DNA from: Paraspadella gotoi
Taxonomy: Eukaryota; Animalia; Chaetognatha
Length of the DNA: 64,000 bases
Assembly: GCA_051294375.1 (NCBI GenBank)
Contig: CM119269.1
Coordinates: 6,058,735 to 6,122,734, forward strand
Reading direction: 5' to 3'
The notes under the pieces are model-generated. The model was not told the origin of the DNA and did not search any database. It worked only from the letters and a program-made list of their open reading frames with translations. Below, one piece after another: positions 13,801 through 27,260 of the stretch; within the stretch, counting starts at the first letter, position 1, and each line of letters opens with the position of its first letter. Position numbers and translations under genes: made by a program.

Positions 13801-14100
13801 AAGGGAAATTACGTTTTGTCTGTCTGTAGCTGCTTTTGAAAGGTTTTGACTCTTCAATTCTATTCAGCTCTGGAAAATAGAGGGTTTCATGTTATTATTT
13901 GAAAGTTTTTCATAGTTTTTATCAGTCCACGAGGACAAAGTTCGGTGTATCTGGTGGGTGGATTATCTAAAACGTTTTTATCTTTATTCAGAGTCGAGGA
14001 GATAAGACTATTTTCTATTTAAAATTTAAAGAGACAGAAAGAGTTAGAGGAGGAGGTCAAGGGAGTACTATAAACAATAAGTAAAGTTATTGAGGAAATT
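10900..14100. repeat. Higher-order tandem array of about 5 units of ~600-700 bp, each with ~8 copies of a ~50-bp subrepeat plus a purine-rich block
   Basis: Landmark gtgagagaaaagctacataaaa...aaagag recurs near 11345, 12056, 12683, 13295 and 13995. Subrepeat is roughly tttatctttttacattgagaaaaatcgttttcctgtgtttttaaag. Very noisy. Confidence 0.8.
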
Positions 14101-16968
14101 TTGTTTTTTGTGTGCGTCCTCATCGCGGAAGCAATAATCATGGCATAAAAAACGAAAAGGGCTAGGACTTGACTTGACGTTGAAAAAGGGTGGCCCATTT
14201 TCGGTCGGTCGGGGTCCGGGGTCGCTCCGTTTTGCGTTCCGTCCGTCGTCGTTCCGGCTCGCACGACAAATCTAAATTCAGAAATTAGTATTGTAAATCC
14301 AGTCGATTGTTCTTCCGATTTTTTCGATATTTCATGAAACAATCCAATCTTGGGAAGTGATCACCCATTAAAGTTGATAAAGAAATAAAATTTTTTCCAT
14401 CATAATCCCAGTCTTAAAAATTTTACTCGTGACGTCGGGGAGGAATTTTGATCATTCCGGTTGTTATAAGATAGTTTGATTACTTCTGGTCCATGTTATT
14501 CTTTTAAGATGTCTGCGGTAGTATTGGGCTTGGGATGCGGATTCGTTTAATATGGGGACTGGTAAAAGTGCGGACGAAGAGTGCCAATGTGTTATTGGGG
14601 CATGGCGCAGCTTATACTCGCGTCAGTATCGAACTTGTAAGTAAAATGGGAAATTTTTAGCAAACACAAGTGTAATAATAATAATGTCTCATTGAATTAT
14701 AGCTTCTTGACATGCTAAACTGATTGTGTAGGCTATGTACCGATTAGGCTAACATCTAGTAATTTTATTTCATAAAGATACATCAGATACGGTTATAGAG
14801 TATAATGTAAGAAACAAAAGGAGGAAAATATAAGTGAGCAGAGAGGTACTGAACAGGAAACAAAGATTTAAACGCTCGTTACCCTGCCGGCAAGGGAAGG
14901 TCATAAAAGGCTCCTAAGAAATAAATCAGGCGGAACGGAAATAAGAGATTCAGCTTGTGCTTATGTTAATTAGGGTATCTCGCCGAAGGACGGAATTGCC
15001 AACGGCCCATATCCAATCGTCTAATATTGCTGACGTAAGGATTTAAGTTGACCAACGCCCTCATTCGAAGGTCAATTTGACGAGTCTTTCGCAATCGTAC
15101 GAAAATTGAGGAAGGAAGATTGCACCTAAATAATTTCGGATCCGACCGCAGTTGCGACACACAACACACACACACACAACAACGCATTTGGCCTACGAAG
15201 CACCTAGAGGCTGAAAATAACTTGGCTGGAAAAAGCAAAACGTCGACACCAAGCCGAACTAGCTATTTCGCCGGTCGAATAAGATTAGAGATCCATGTCA
15301 TTGTCACGGCAGATTTAATATGAGACCTTGATCATCATATTGAGCTCTAGGCTTATATATTGCGTTGCAATTTGGAAAGAAAGAAGACTATAATAGCGAA
15401 AATATTATTTATGCTCACGTACTTTGTCAACTTTATTTCGTGTGCGATTATGCGGTGGCAAATAAAATTTGGTGTCATAAGACGAATGTATGAAATTGGG
15501 TGCGCACTTGTGTCGGCGACAAACTATATTGAATATCAGATGATATGATGAGATGACTAAGTGATTTCTGAACTTCGTTTCCCGCGGCCGTGACAATTAT
15601 TTAAGCGAACTTTGGAAAACGGACCACTCTCGGATTTTGGGATTTACTAAATACGATGTAGGAGTTGCGCGTGGCTCCGATTAATCTCTTGCGGACCCAC
15701 CTCCGCTATCGTGTTTACTCAATGCCTTCCAGTGCTGCTATACTCTTTATTTCCCCTCCCGTCTAGGATACTGATGTTCTTTTGTATATGTTTCGGGGTC
15801 CTATAAATCTCCTCAATTTCTAGTCCATTGAAATTTCTTTTATCGCTTTTTATTTCGTCACTTTCCCCACGTCTCCGTCCCATTCTCTTTCGGGTCCATA
15901 ATTGTCTCCGCACAGCACTGTTCCGTAGGACAATTCCTTGTTTTGTCTAGTTTCTAGGACACAGAATAAGAGAATCCTCCTCGTCGGTCTCCATACATTA
16001 GAAATAGGTTTTTTGCCTATCCGTTATTATCTTCTTCCATTATTACTATTGTCCTTCCCTCATTGTCTCTTTCTCCTTCTCTCCCCGTGTCCTCCCTCGT
16101 ACTCCTTCCGGTATCCATGTCCCTCTTCTCTTCTTTTCTGTTGATCATTCCCCCCTCCTCCCCCTCCCTCCCTGTGCGCTTCTTCCTCCCTTGTCTGCCG
16201 CTGCCTCCTTCCCTTCCTTTCTTCTCGCGTTCTGACTTTTGGCTTGCATGCGGTGTCGAGCTCCTACATTGACGGCTTTCTTCGCCGTGGCCTTTGGTCT
16301 GGACGCGTCGCCTCGCTCAAAGATCGAGGATTCTCTGGCGCTCCGATAATTCCTGGATTCATGGCTTAAGTCATCGTAAGGCCACTGGCTAAAACGGTCC
16401 CCTCCCTCTTCCTCCTCCCTTCCGTCGCTTGCTACTGGGTGGCCCTCCCTCTTTGTCCTATCAAATCCCTACTAGTCTCTAACTTCTCTCCCTTCCTCTT
16501 CATTCCTTTTCCCCTTCGTTACTTTTTGTTGTTTTTCTCTCTACTTCCTCGTTCTTCTCTCCCATGGTCGCGCCCTGAACTGAGGTCACATATTCATTAT
16601 CCCACAAATTCAGGAGTATTAAATGCTGGCTCAGGAGAGAGAGAGAGAGAGACAGAGAGGAGGAATGAGGAGACGAGCAGTAGCAGGAGAGACAGGACGA
16701 GACGAGGAGAGCATGTCCACTTAGGCAGAGCTTCTAGTAGATGCTAAGAGAGATAGAGCAGAGTCCTACTCACTCGCTAAATGAATACCCTCTCTTCATT
16801 TTGGAGAGCTTCTAGACAATTCATCACACGCAAAGAGGAAGAATATTTTTTCAAGGGAAAGGATTTGAGTTTTCGTAAAAGTGAAAGGTTGTGAACGAAA
16901 CGCTCTCTGTGCCTCACCGTGAGCGGCGTGAAGTGAAAGAGAGAGATTGCAAGAAGCGCCACCGCCAG

Positions 16969-17058
16969 CGAAATAGGGCTGCTCACGAAATAGGGCTGCT
17001 CACGAAATAAGGCTGCTCACGAAATAGGGCTGCTCACGAAACAGGGCTGCTCGCGAAT
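16969..17058. repeat. 17-bp minisatellite (cgaaatagggctgctca) x5
   Basis: Direct reading. A garbled counterpart lies at ~6236-6355. Confidence 0.9.
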
Positions 17059-17267
17059 ACACGTGAATCACATACAAAAATAGATGAGCAAAGGAATAAG
17101 AAAGAAGGATTTTCGCCGACATTTCCTCTAATTGAGGGTCATAATGTGGAGGAAAGGAAAGAGACACGTCGACGAAAAAGTATTGGAACGGGGAGGCAAT
17201 GTGGCTTTGCGAAGCGCCGTTGCAATTTCTGGGAGTCAAGGTCGAATTCGAGGACTCGTTGCGGAAA

Positions 17268-17802
17268 TGATGATGACGATGATGATGAATGATTTGATGC
17301 AAATCAAACGCATGATTGTGTAATGAATGATTGATGATGATGATGATGATGATGATGATTGATGATGAAATCAACTGATGATGATGATTGATGATAATGA
17401 TAATGATGATTGATGATGATGATTAATGATGATGATGATGATGATGATGAAATCAACGATGATATGATTGATGATTATGGTGATTGATGATGATTGATTG
17501 AAATCAACGACGATGATTGATGATGATAATGATGATGATGAGTGATGCATGATGATGATGATGATGAAATCAACGATGATGATAATGATGATGATTATGA
17601 TGATTATGATGATGATGATGATGAAAATTCAACGTTTTTGATGATGAAAATGAGATAATGATAATTGATGGATGATGATCTGATGATGAATGAAATCAAC
17701 GATGATGATGATGATGATGCATGATGATGATGATTATGATATGATGATGATGATTGATGATGATGATGATGATGTGATGATGATGATCAGACGATGACGA
17801 TG
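17268..17802. repeat. Degenerate (GAT)n satellite with interspersed gaaatcaac motif
   Basis: Direct reading. Noisy counterpart at ~6915-7335. Confidence 0.9.
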
Positions 17803-18623
17803 ACCCGAGGGCGGAGAAGCTTTGTGAATGAATTTGACATTTCGTCCTTAAATTTTTCTTTCTTTTTTTTCTTCTCTTTTTTTCCCGCCTCTCTTTTTCC
17901 CTCTCTCTCAAGGAGGAATGAGGAGCTGACTCCTAAAAAAAAAAATCTGCCCTTCACAGTTTTTTTTTTCTTTTCTTATTTTCGTATCATTTTTTATTCT
18001 TTCTTTTTTTTCCTCATTTATACTTATTATATTATATTTCCGTCGGCGTCTATTCTTCCTTTCCTTTTTGAGTAATCCATTTTCGATTGAAACTCAACGT
18101 GACTGATGAGCGAGCGAGGCTTTGAAAATTGGGCGTCGTCGTAGCCTCCATCATCGGGTGGGGGTTGCGTCGGGCGTCGGGCATCTAATGGTCAGCAGAG
18201 ACGGCGTCGGGCTGGCGATGATTGATGCCGAGCGATGCAATTTCGATCCGATGATTATGATCGGATAATTGTAAATAGGTTGTACCAATTTCTTATACAT
18301 GATGATCTTTTAAAAGGGCCCAAAAACCATATTCCTGCCCCCCCAAAACAATTGGTTCACTCCTCGCCACTGCACTGTTCGGATACGATATCATTTTTCC
18401 ATTTCCGACTTCGAATAAAAAAAACTCCGCGCGCGATTTTCTCGCCAGCGTTTGTTCGCTCTGTGTTTGTTTTGTGTTTGTTTTGTGTTTGTTTTGTGTT
18501 TGTTTTGTGTTCTGAGTTTGGAGATGTTTTCCTGTTTTTCTGTTTCGCCAGAAGTTTTGTTATGATGCGAAATCGAATTCTGATCCCGACTTCCTGGACG
18601 TGAGTCCCTCGTCGTGTCGTGAT

Positions 18624-18742
<119 letters not shown>

Positions 18743-18936
18743 GTGCAGGCGAGCAGAAAGATTCATTTTTGGCTATGTATAATTTTTAGACATAGTATTA
18801 ACTATGAACAAGATACAAATTAGAATTTTACAATTTAAGAGATATTCTTATATGATTACAAAGCCTTGGTATAAATTATAAAGATTTATATAAAGATTCT
18901 TTTTCGCCACTCCTAACGAACGAACCCAATCCTCTC

Positions 18937-19034
<98 letters not shown>

Positions 19035-20757
19035 TCTCTCTCTCTCCATCATCGATGTCACGGTCTATCACAGCAAACAAACTTCCTTGTCACTTCATTA
19101 AATCCTTTCGATGTTCACAATTTTGAAAAGTCTTCCGTCATCGTCGATGTTACCCAATTTTTTTCTTCCCTTTTTTTTGAGAAAAAAATAATAATTTTTT
19201 TTTAAAAAAGATAAAACTTTGCCTCGATTGTGGGAGGTTCGTCATCAGATGATCTTTAAAGTAACTTCAGTCATTTAATTTTAGAACAATAAAAAATACA
19301 TTTTCTCTCTACAAAAACGACATTTTAGGGAGATTTGTAAAAGTATTCGAATTCTTTTTAATAGAAGACATCTTGGAGGGATGAGAGAGAGGTATTCAGA
19401 TACGGCATATTCAGATTATTACAATTTTAGGTTGACTGATTCCTGGCCTTAGGATGGTTAAAATTTTATTGTCCTTTACTTTTGGTTTCTCTTTCTTTTT
19501 TGTACAATAAAATCTTTCAACCTTTTAAAGTCGAGATTTTAAAAAAAGTCAACTTACTTGGTTGAGATTTAAAGCGACATTCATCAAACTTTGGATTTTT
19601 TTTTCTCTCTTCGATCTTTATGTGCGACCATTAGTTTCTGAGAACAAATGAGCAACGGTCCGTTTGACTTCGCACTTAGATTATTTTCCGTCTGAAAAGT
19701 CGAAAAAATTTATTAAGATCAATTTTCATTGTTTCGCCAATTAGTCAAATTTAAAGCAAACGAAATTCGTTTCGTTTTGGGTTGAATAATCTACGGTATA
19801 GAATATTTAATTGATATAATCCTTTTGGATGAGCGTGCAAGGTGCAACTGTTCTCAGAGACGGCGTAATTTCTTGTCGGCGTCTACATATGTTGTTGTTT
19901 AACTATGTATGTAGATATGTACAATTTTTTTTTCTATGTAGTCGTCGTCGTTGACATATCAATAGAATTCTTTCTTTTAAGTCCCCCTATCGGATGAATC
20001 TTAAATGTAAACGAAGAGTATCAAGTAATAAAACTGTTCAAAGACGAAAGCCCACTCGTCTCGATTCAGGGTGAATCAAGAGAAGCTTCTGTTTATTGTC
20101 ATTTGTTTTGTTCTTTTTTTTTTAAATTCTCGACCGACAGAAAAAAAGAAGAAGAAAAAAAAGAAAGGATAAAAAGGTAAATAAGGATAATGAAAAAGAG
20201 GCGGGGTAAGGTTTTAGCGGAAGGATGGTAAGGTGAGTCGCGAATGAAGAAGAAACCAATAGAGAAAAGGTAAGGAATAAGGACTAAGGACAAAGGAGAG
20301 TAAGGTAGGGTAAGGTAAGGTCTTGAGATAAGAGTTATAAAAATATAAATTAGGCAAAGTAGTAAAATTAGGGTTTGTATAGAATTGGCAGCAGTAGGAG
20401 GATGGGAAAATAACATATATGAAGTCGTTTTAACTTAAAACACGTAAGATATAATAATATTAATATCTACATTTTATCTTAAAAAAAGTACGAAAAAGTA
20501 AGATCGTTGAAATATTTTAACTAATTAGCTAATTGTACGGAGGCGAAGTGATAGATATCGGGGCTAAAGGCTAAAGGATCAGCAGGGAATTTTCACCTCC
20601 ACAATTTTTTTTTCAAAGTCGACCCCAACTTTGGTTTCGGTCCAAAGTTTCGCTTCGTCATAAATTAGAAAAGAAAAAAAAACGAACCACAATTTTCGCA
20701 TAAATTTTCGAGGTTTGACGCGCGAGGTTTGGGTTTAAGTGAAAAGGGAGAGAGTTG

Positions 20758-20815
<58 letters not shown>

Positions 20816-20818
20816 AAA

Positions 20819-20854
<36 letters not shown>

Positions 20855-21095
20855 ATCTATCGGATAACTGAGTTGTTAAAGGTGCGACGAGTTAATTTGA
20901 GGTTGAAAATATTAACTAAATAATTAATTATATTTATTATTATATTTAATATACATTTATACTTATATAAATTATTTTATTTATAATATTTTAAAAATTT
21001 GCATGATTATTGGATATGGTGATAATTTAGTTACTAATGTTATCAAAAATATGTTTAGCCGATGAAAACCAAACAAAAAGGATTCAAACAAAAAT

Positions 21096-21209
21096 GTGAA
21101 CGGTGAACGGTGAACGGTGAATGGTGAATGGTGAACGGTGAACGGTGAACGGTGAACGGTGAACGGTGAACGGTGAATGGTGAACGGTGAACGGTGAACG
21201 GTGAACGGT
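21096..21209. repeat. 7-bp tandem repeat (gtgaacg/gtgaatg) x~16
   Basis: Direct reading. Confidence 0.95.
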
Positions 21210-21779
21210 GGACGATAAACCGAATCGAAAACCGGTCGATATTCACGAAGATCCCATTCATAATTTTTCCCGCCAAAATCTTCCGATCACCATTTATACT
21301 CACGTCAATTTTCTAGTTCGTGACTTTCAAACTTTGACGTTTTTATCGTTTGTCTTAGTTAGAATCGCTTCCATTGTTACTTTTTAATCCATCCTAATTA
21401 CTTTTAACTATTCATTTGTAAATCTTTTCTACTAATGTTTCATTTATTGACTTTGTCATTTGAATTCTAAATTAAGATCAAATAGAACTGACATCGATCT
21501 GCTCTAATCTCGTTGCTAAGAATTTCCGAGAAAAGACTTTTCCTGTTTTCCCTAAAGAAAAAATAAATAGGGATGATCTCGACAACGAGGGTGAGTATAG
21601 GAACGACAACGACGATAACAATGACAACCAATCAACCAACCAATCAACCAAACAACCAACCAACCAAAGAAACTTTCCCTCGTCGTATTTCCTTTCTAAT
21701 CACTTATTTATTCATACGATTCTTCTGTTCGGAGACAAAAAAAAAACCCCACAGAGAACTCGAATTTCAGTCATCAGAC

Positions 21780-22225
21780 GGAGCCAGATGGCACCAGATG
21801 GCATCGGATGGCACCAGATGGCGCGCCAAAGACGTCGTTTCTCTCGTCACTTCCGGTCCGTTAGACGCCGCGAAAGCCACGCCCCTTGAGCCGCGGTTAA
21901 GCCAACAACTCTTGCGCGCCCGCCAGCGCCCGACGCGGAAATTTCACGTTTAAGTCTGCAGCGATAATCGCGCTTTAACGGCGGGCGACGGGCGCCCGGC
22001 GACGGGCGGCAGCGACGGGCGGCGCGGACGCGCTGCGGGCGACGCGGCGGCGCGACGGGCGCGGCACGGCAGGCGCGAACGGTGCGGGGCGACCGGGGCG
22101 GCGCGAACGGGCGCGACGGCCGGGCGACGGGCGGTGCGACTGGCGGCGACGGGGGGCGACAGGCGGGGCGAAGAGCAGGCGCGAAGAGGGGACGAAGAGC
22201 GCGCGAAGAGCGGGCTAAGGGCAGG
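21780..22225. promoter_or_regulatory. CpG/GC-rich island with four 10-bp ccagatggca repeats, an ACTTCCGG (ETS-like) site and degenerate ggcgacgg repeats
   Basis: Repeats at 21784-21822, acttccgg at 21849-21856, very GC-rich 21978-22215. Promoter function is inferred. Confidence 0.3.
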
Positions 22226-23849
22226 CAACATTAACACCTGATGCCTCTTATTCGCTTATGTCTTTTAAGCCATTGACGTCATGGGTGTTACACTGACTTC
22301 GTCAATAAACTCATCGTTGCTTAATGCCAGGATCATCGTTCCTTTTCGGTTCGCTATTCACTTTCACTTGTTCTTCGAGTTTCACTGTGAAACTTCGATA
22401 GTGTTACTAATCGTTGTCCCCGAAAGCCAATGAAAAGAAAATACAGTAGTTTGGAAATGATAAGTTCTCCAGTTTAAGATTCCTCATAAAAAGTTAATGC
22501 AGGAAATCATAAATCTCTTTCAAAAATTATGTCATTAAATAGGTTAAAATTACAAAATTCTTAATAAAAGATTTTTTTTAAAAGAATTATACTTTCTTTT
22601 ATCAACTTTCTTTTTTAAACAAATCTAAAATAATGTATTTTTAAATTTTAGCCTATTATATTCTTATTACTATACATAAATATAGCTCACTGGTGCCCAC
22701 GAATGTATAAAATTTAAAAAAAAAATTTTTCTATCGGTTTTTATTTTATGTCCTATATGCTAAATAAAAATCGTTGTAAAAATTCAAACTTTGCCAAGTT
22801 CTAATACAATCTACAAAAACACGAAAAAGAGAAAGGTGTGAATTCTACACAGTATTTCTGATATAGAGCACACATGAACGGAAATAACGTGGCGGTTTAC
22901 AGGGTACCAGGTGCTCGATGTTTGTCCCTTTAAAATTGTTTCTGAAGCCAACATTAATTGCATTATTACTTTGGTAATATGTGCGATAATACACTACTGG
23001 ACATTACTGTGTCGACGCATAACCGACTTGACCATCAACAAAACTAACTAGAATCAAAAAATAGTAAAATAAGATGTAGCAATATAGCTCGAAACGCTTA
23101 CAAAATTTTAAACATTGCTTTTATTAAATGCAAAAAAAATATTAATAAGTTATTAAAACAAAATTTTATAAAACGATAACTTAGACAGTTAAGCCGCGAA
23201 ACCAAGATGAATATTTTTTACACCAGCATCAATTTCTTCAATTTATATGATCATATGTTGTAATTAGGTCAAATTAATCTAAATAGAAGAATATGACAAA
23301 GTTCATTTTCAATTTTTTTTAATGAACTGGGAGTTTTTACTGCTTAACTACCCCTTGTGTTTAATATCTAATAATTTTTGAGGTATTTCCGAAGAACCAT
23401 TATATTAATTACAACTGATATTTTTCGCGCTTTTTTTCAATGTATTTCAAAGCAAGAAACAACATCATAAACAACATTTCAAATAATAAAAAAAATTGAT
23501 TGAATGATTTTTGGAAAAAAATATTTTGAAACTTGAGAATAATGGATTTCGAGTACTAGGAAAAAAATTTTGCCATTCTAAAAATCAGGCCTCTAGCCGT
23601 TTCGATTTTTCTAGAGGCTTCGATTTTTTTATTTTTTTGAATATTTTTGATTTTTCCTTTGCAAAACCATTATTTCTCAATGAGCAGTTAGGTCGAGGAA
23701 ATTTTTTTTCAACAAATTAAAAAAAATTCAAGCTTGTTGTTAAATTAGGCTTTTTTTTGGGGAAATACAATATAATCAATTAATTATATGAATGCGTATA
23801 ATCTGAAAGTGAAGTATGTCTCTAAAATGACAAAAAGAATTACAATATT

Positions 23850-24920
23850 TCTTCAAGTTTTATGGTAAAATTTAAGTATGTTGTATCAATTAGAAATAAG
23901 TTGAGATACGTCCCGCCTTTGGGCCAAAATTTTTAGTTTAACAAAGATTTTCGTACTGGCGGTAGTTTGAAAAAAGTTGAATTTAATTAAATAACTTTTC
24001 AAAAGAAAGAGCGAGCAAGATGGGTGTAGTAAATCAAATTAAAGCCCTAATCATGGACACTCACCTTTCCTAAAAAAAGTTTTTTATTAAATTAATCCAG
24101 TAAATCTTTACAACAGGCTTTTGTTTTAAATCAGAGATAAAAAGTAGTAACAGTTTTTTTGCTTAAATTTTGAATGAAGGCATAATGAAATTTTTATTTT
24201 TCTTTTGTAAATCTTGAAAAAGGAAAGACTGAATTACATTTAGTATTATAAATTTTTTGATTCATAAAACTGGCTTATATTTTAAGTAAAAGTAAAGAAA
24301 CAATCAAAAAGTTTTATATTGATAGCTTGATAAAAGTCTTTTATTAATATCAAAAAAATGATAAAATAAATGTTTTCAGCTTGATATACAACAGTCTGGG
24401 ACATCTGACCTTCTTTGTCCTGTGAAAAAAAATCGGTATTTTTTTATATCTTTAACTGCAAACTAAAAGCTTGACACACTGCTTGTTTGATCATAATAAA
24501 GTTTAAAAAAAATGTATATAGGCTGGCAAATATATTTGACAAAAGCAAGACATCTTGTGTTAAACATGTAATTTGATAAATTTTTTTTAAATATAGCAAG
24601 GAATTAATGTCTAATTATTTAATCAATACCATTTTAATTAAGAAAAATATTTCTGCGTAATAGCGCCATAGAAAGGGTTATCATTAACTAGACTTGAATG
24701 ATGCGAATTTTTTAGATATCGATTTACTGCCCCCATTGTCACAAGATATAAAAGGTCGATGGTTATGAATGTCAGTCAAGCTTCCAGATTTATCTGTACC
24801 TTTATAAACCTGCATTCTGAATTTTCTGTTTTTTTCCCTTCAAAAATGTATAAATAAAAAAGAATTAATTATGAGAGAACAATCAGCGGTGGAGGTGCCA
24901 TTGGTGAAGCCTTAGTCTAG
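23850..24920 (-). mobile_element. Heavily decayed LINE (CR1/L2/Jockey-like) ORF2 reverse-transcriptase relic
   Basis: Minus-strand motifs in canonical order: DKSGSLTDIHNHRP 24794-24753 (cf. KSG..D..NYRPIS), SDVP 24408-24397 (cf. SGVPQG), KDL..G..N.KL near 24110 (cf. VKDLG..D.KL), QRRDVSQLI near 23920 (cf. RR..DLI). Many stops and frameshifts. Confidence 0.55.
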
Positions 24921-25299
24921 CCAACCACTTCCCGATGCGAATTTTTAAATGAGGTTTTTTTTATTGCCATTTATTTGAGACATAACAAACGCTTTAAAAC
25001 TTTTTATTTGGTTTAAACTATTATTATTTTTTATTTTTTTTGATTACAATTTCTAGGAATAATATGAATAAGATACACTTTTTAAAAAAGTTGTATCATC
25101 TTTTCACCCTATAAACTTCGGTCATAATCGTAAAAAAACAAAAAAAGAGTTTTGCATTGAATTTGGATAATCGACATATGAAACTATAACGTTGGTCAAA
25201 AAAATAAAAAGAAACTATAAAATATTGAATCACGTGAAATTTTTTTTTTGCACGGGAACAGTAACGTTTACGTGCCATTTTTCATTGTGTCATAATATA

Positions 25300-27208
25300 C
25301 AAATTTATAATATTGATAAAATTTTGAATATTTTTCCATGCAACTCTACTGACGATGGTAGCTAAAATTACTCAATAATCTACCAAGTAAAACTTAGTTT
25401 GATATATATTTTCTCACTATAAACTCCCTTTTACTCGAAATAACGATTTTTAACCACGGAAAAAAAAAATTTCTCTTCTAACTGAAATTTGAACCGGAGT
25501 TCAAATTTTGACGTCAAAACGGCCTCCCATGATTCATAAGCCACGAACGTGTACATCGCCCACGGCGTAACGGTCGATGATATTATTTGTGTTTGCCATT
25601 ACATCTACATATGATGCATCGACTCAACCTTGACAACTCAAAGAATTACCGGCAGTTCGTAACCTTTTCTCGATATTTTCACTCGAGTCTGTAAGAAACA
25701 TTTTCTTTCTGTCGTGAAGCAAAAATCTTCCACAAACAAAGAGGCCCGAAACGCCTGTCCCTCCGATGCCCCAATCCCTTCTCAACACAGTTGGCCACTC
25801 CCACCCACATCACCCTTACCACCCCCGCCACCCTATATCCCCAGCCTCCCGCTCACCTTCGCCAGGATTTGTTATGATTAGCGTTGACGGTTGAGACTTT
25901 TCGAGTTTTATTGCGAAAATCCTCAGTCGGACAGGAAGGGAGAGATTCGATGGGAATTTCAAACGCTGCTCTCTACTTGGTGATTGCAGAATGGTGGGGG
26001 TTAAGTAAGGGTTTTAGTATTATTAGTAATTAGTATTAATATTAGAAAAATATGTACCAAGGGGCACATTTTTATCAAGGGGATTAAAATATTTTTTTTT
26101 ACTATTCATTATTATTCATTATTAATAACGATTTACCATTTATTGCTATTTATGACTACATAATACCTATGACTATCTAGCTATTAGCTATTATGTATCT
26201 ATTATCTATTTACCATCTACGACTATCTTGTATCTGTTATAAATATATCAGAATACCCGACTTCTTCGGCAAATCGCAGTTTTCACAGTACGTAGATATA
26301 ACAGCCCACCGCTGTACCACGGGGAGAATTTCTCTGGTCGCCCATTAATGTTAATGCGGTGAGGAAGCGAAAAAAGGGGGGGTGGGCGTATGGGCCTCTC
26401 CCATTGGTGACAGGGCAATCATTGCAACGGAAAGGGAGACATGGAGAGAAAAATGGGTAGATAATAAATAGAATAAAATCGCAGAAAAAAATGCATTGGG
26501 TTGTATAAAAGGGTGGGAAGCTATTTGCCGACACGAAACTTTCCAGCCAAATGAGCGCAAGAACGACAAATAAATACGACTCGGCGCTAACGCGTCAGCA
26601 AATGAAGATGTTTTCGCCCAGCATGAAGCAATCGAGCAATGGAAGCCAGGTGAAGGAGGCGATATGGTTGCGGTAGATTAAATGCGCGGGCACAGGCGGT
26701 TCCGGCTCGAGCTGCAAGATCCCCAGCTTCTTTTTCTTGAAGCCTTGATACGCGACTAGGATATAACATAACGCTCAGCGAACGCAGCGGTCGCAAAAAC
26801 TGGCAATCAGAGAGTCACAGACGTCGCGCCTTTGAGAATTTCGCAATAAGACAACAAGAAGAGAAAAGAATTGGGGTTCCCGTTTCGCTTCGAGTCTCGA
26901 GCGGAATACTTATTTCGANNNNNNNNNNNNNNNNNNNNNNNNNNNNNNNNNNNNNNNNNNNNNNNNNNNNNNNTTTGAGTGGTTTATCAGTTATGGTTTA
27001 TGTGTTGTCTAAGCTTATTTTTGTATATATTGTTATGAATGAAGTTATTCGTGCAACAAGCCTCTCAACAAGAAAATCTACAACGAGTCAGTATCTCAAA
27101 ACTCTTCCACCCAAATACATAAAAAACATTATCTTCCACATTTTTATCGCATTTCTCGGAAAAGAGCACTTGGCCATTTTATCCTTCGCGGAACCGGAAG
27201 AGGCGTGG

Positions 27209-27260
<52 letters not shown>

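Larger units (their letters stand above)
14100..18120 (+). repeat. Direct copy 3 of 3220-7747, lacking about 5100-5860; noisy at its 5' end and clean at its 3' end
   Basis: 14148 aaaaacgaaaagggct ~ 3268; 16340 gctccgataattcc ~ 4837; 16878 aaagtgaaaggttgtgaacgaaacg ~ 6120; 17085 gagcaaaggaataag ~ 6390. Confidence 0.9.

Noticed and set aside
19045-19120. EF-hand-like KLFAVIDRDIDDG on the minus strand
   Set aside because: It runs into an AG microsatellite, lacks the loop consensus and has no supporting splice sites.
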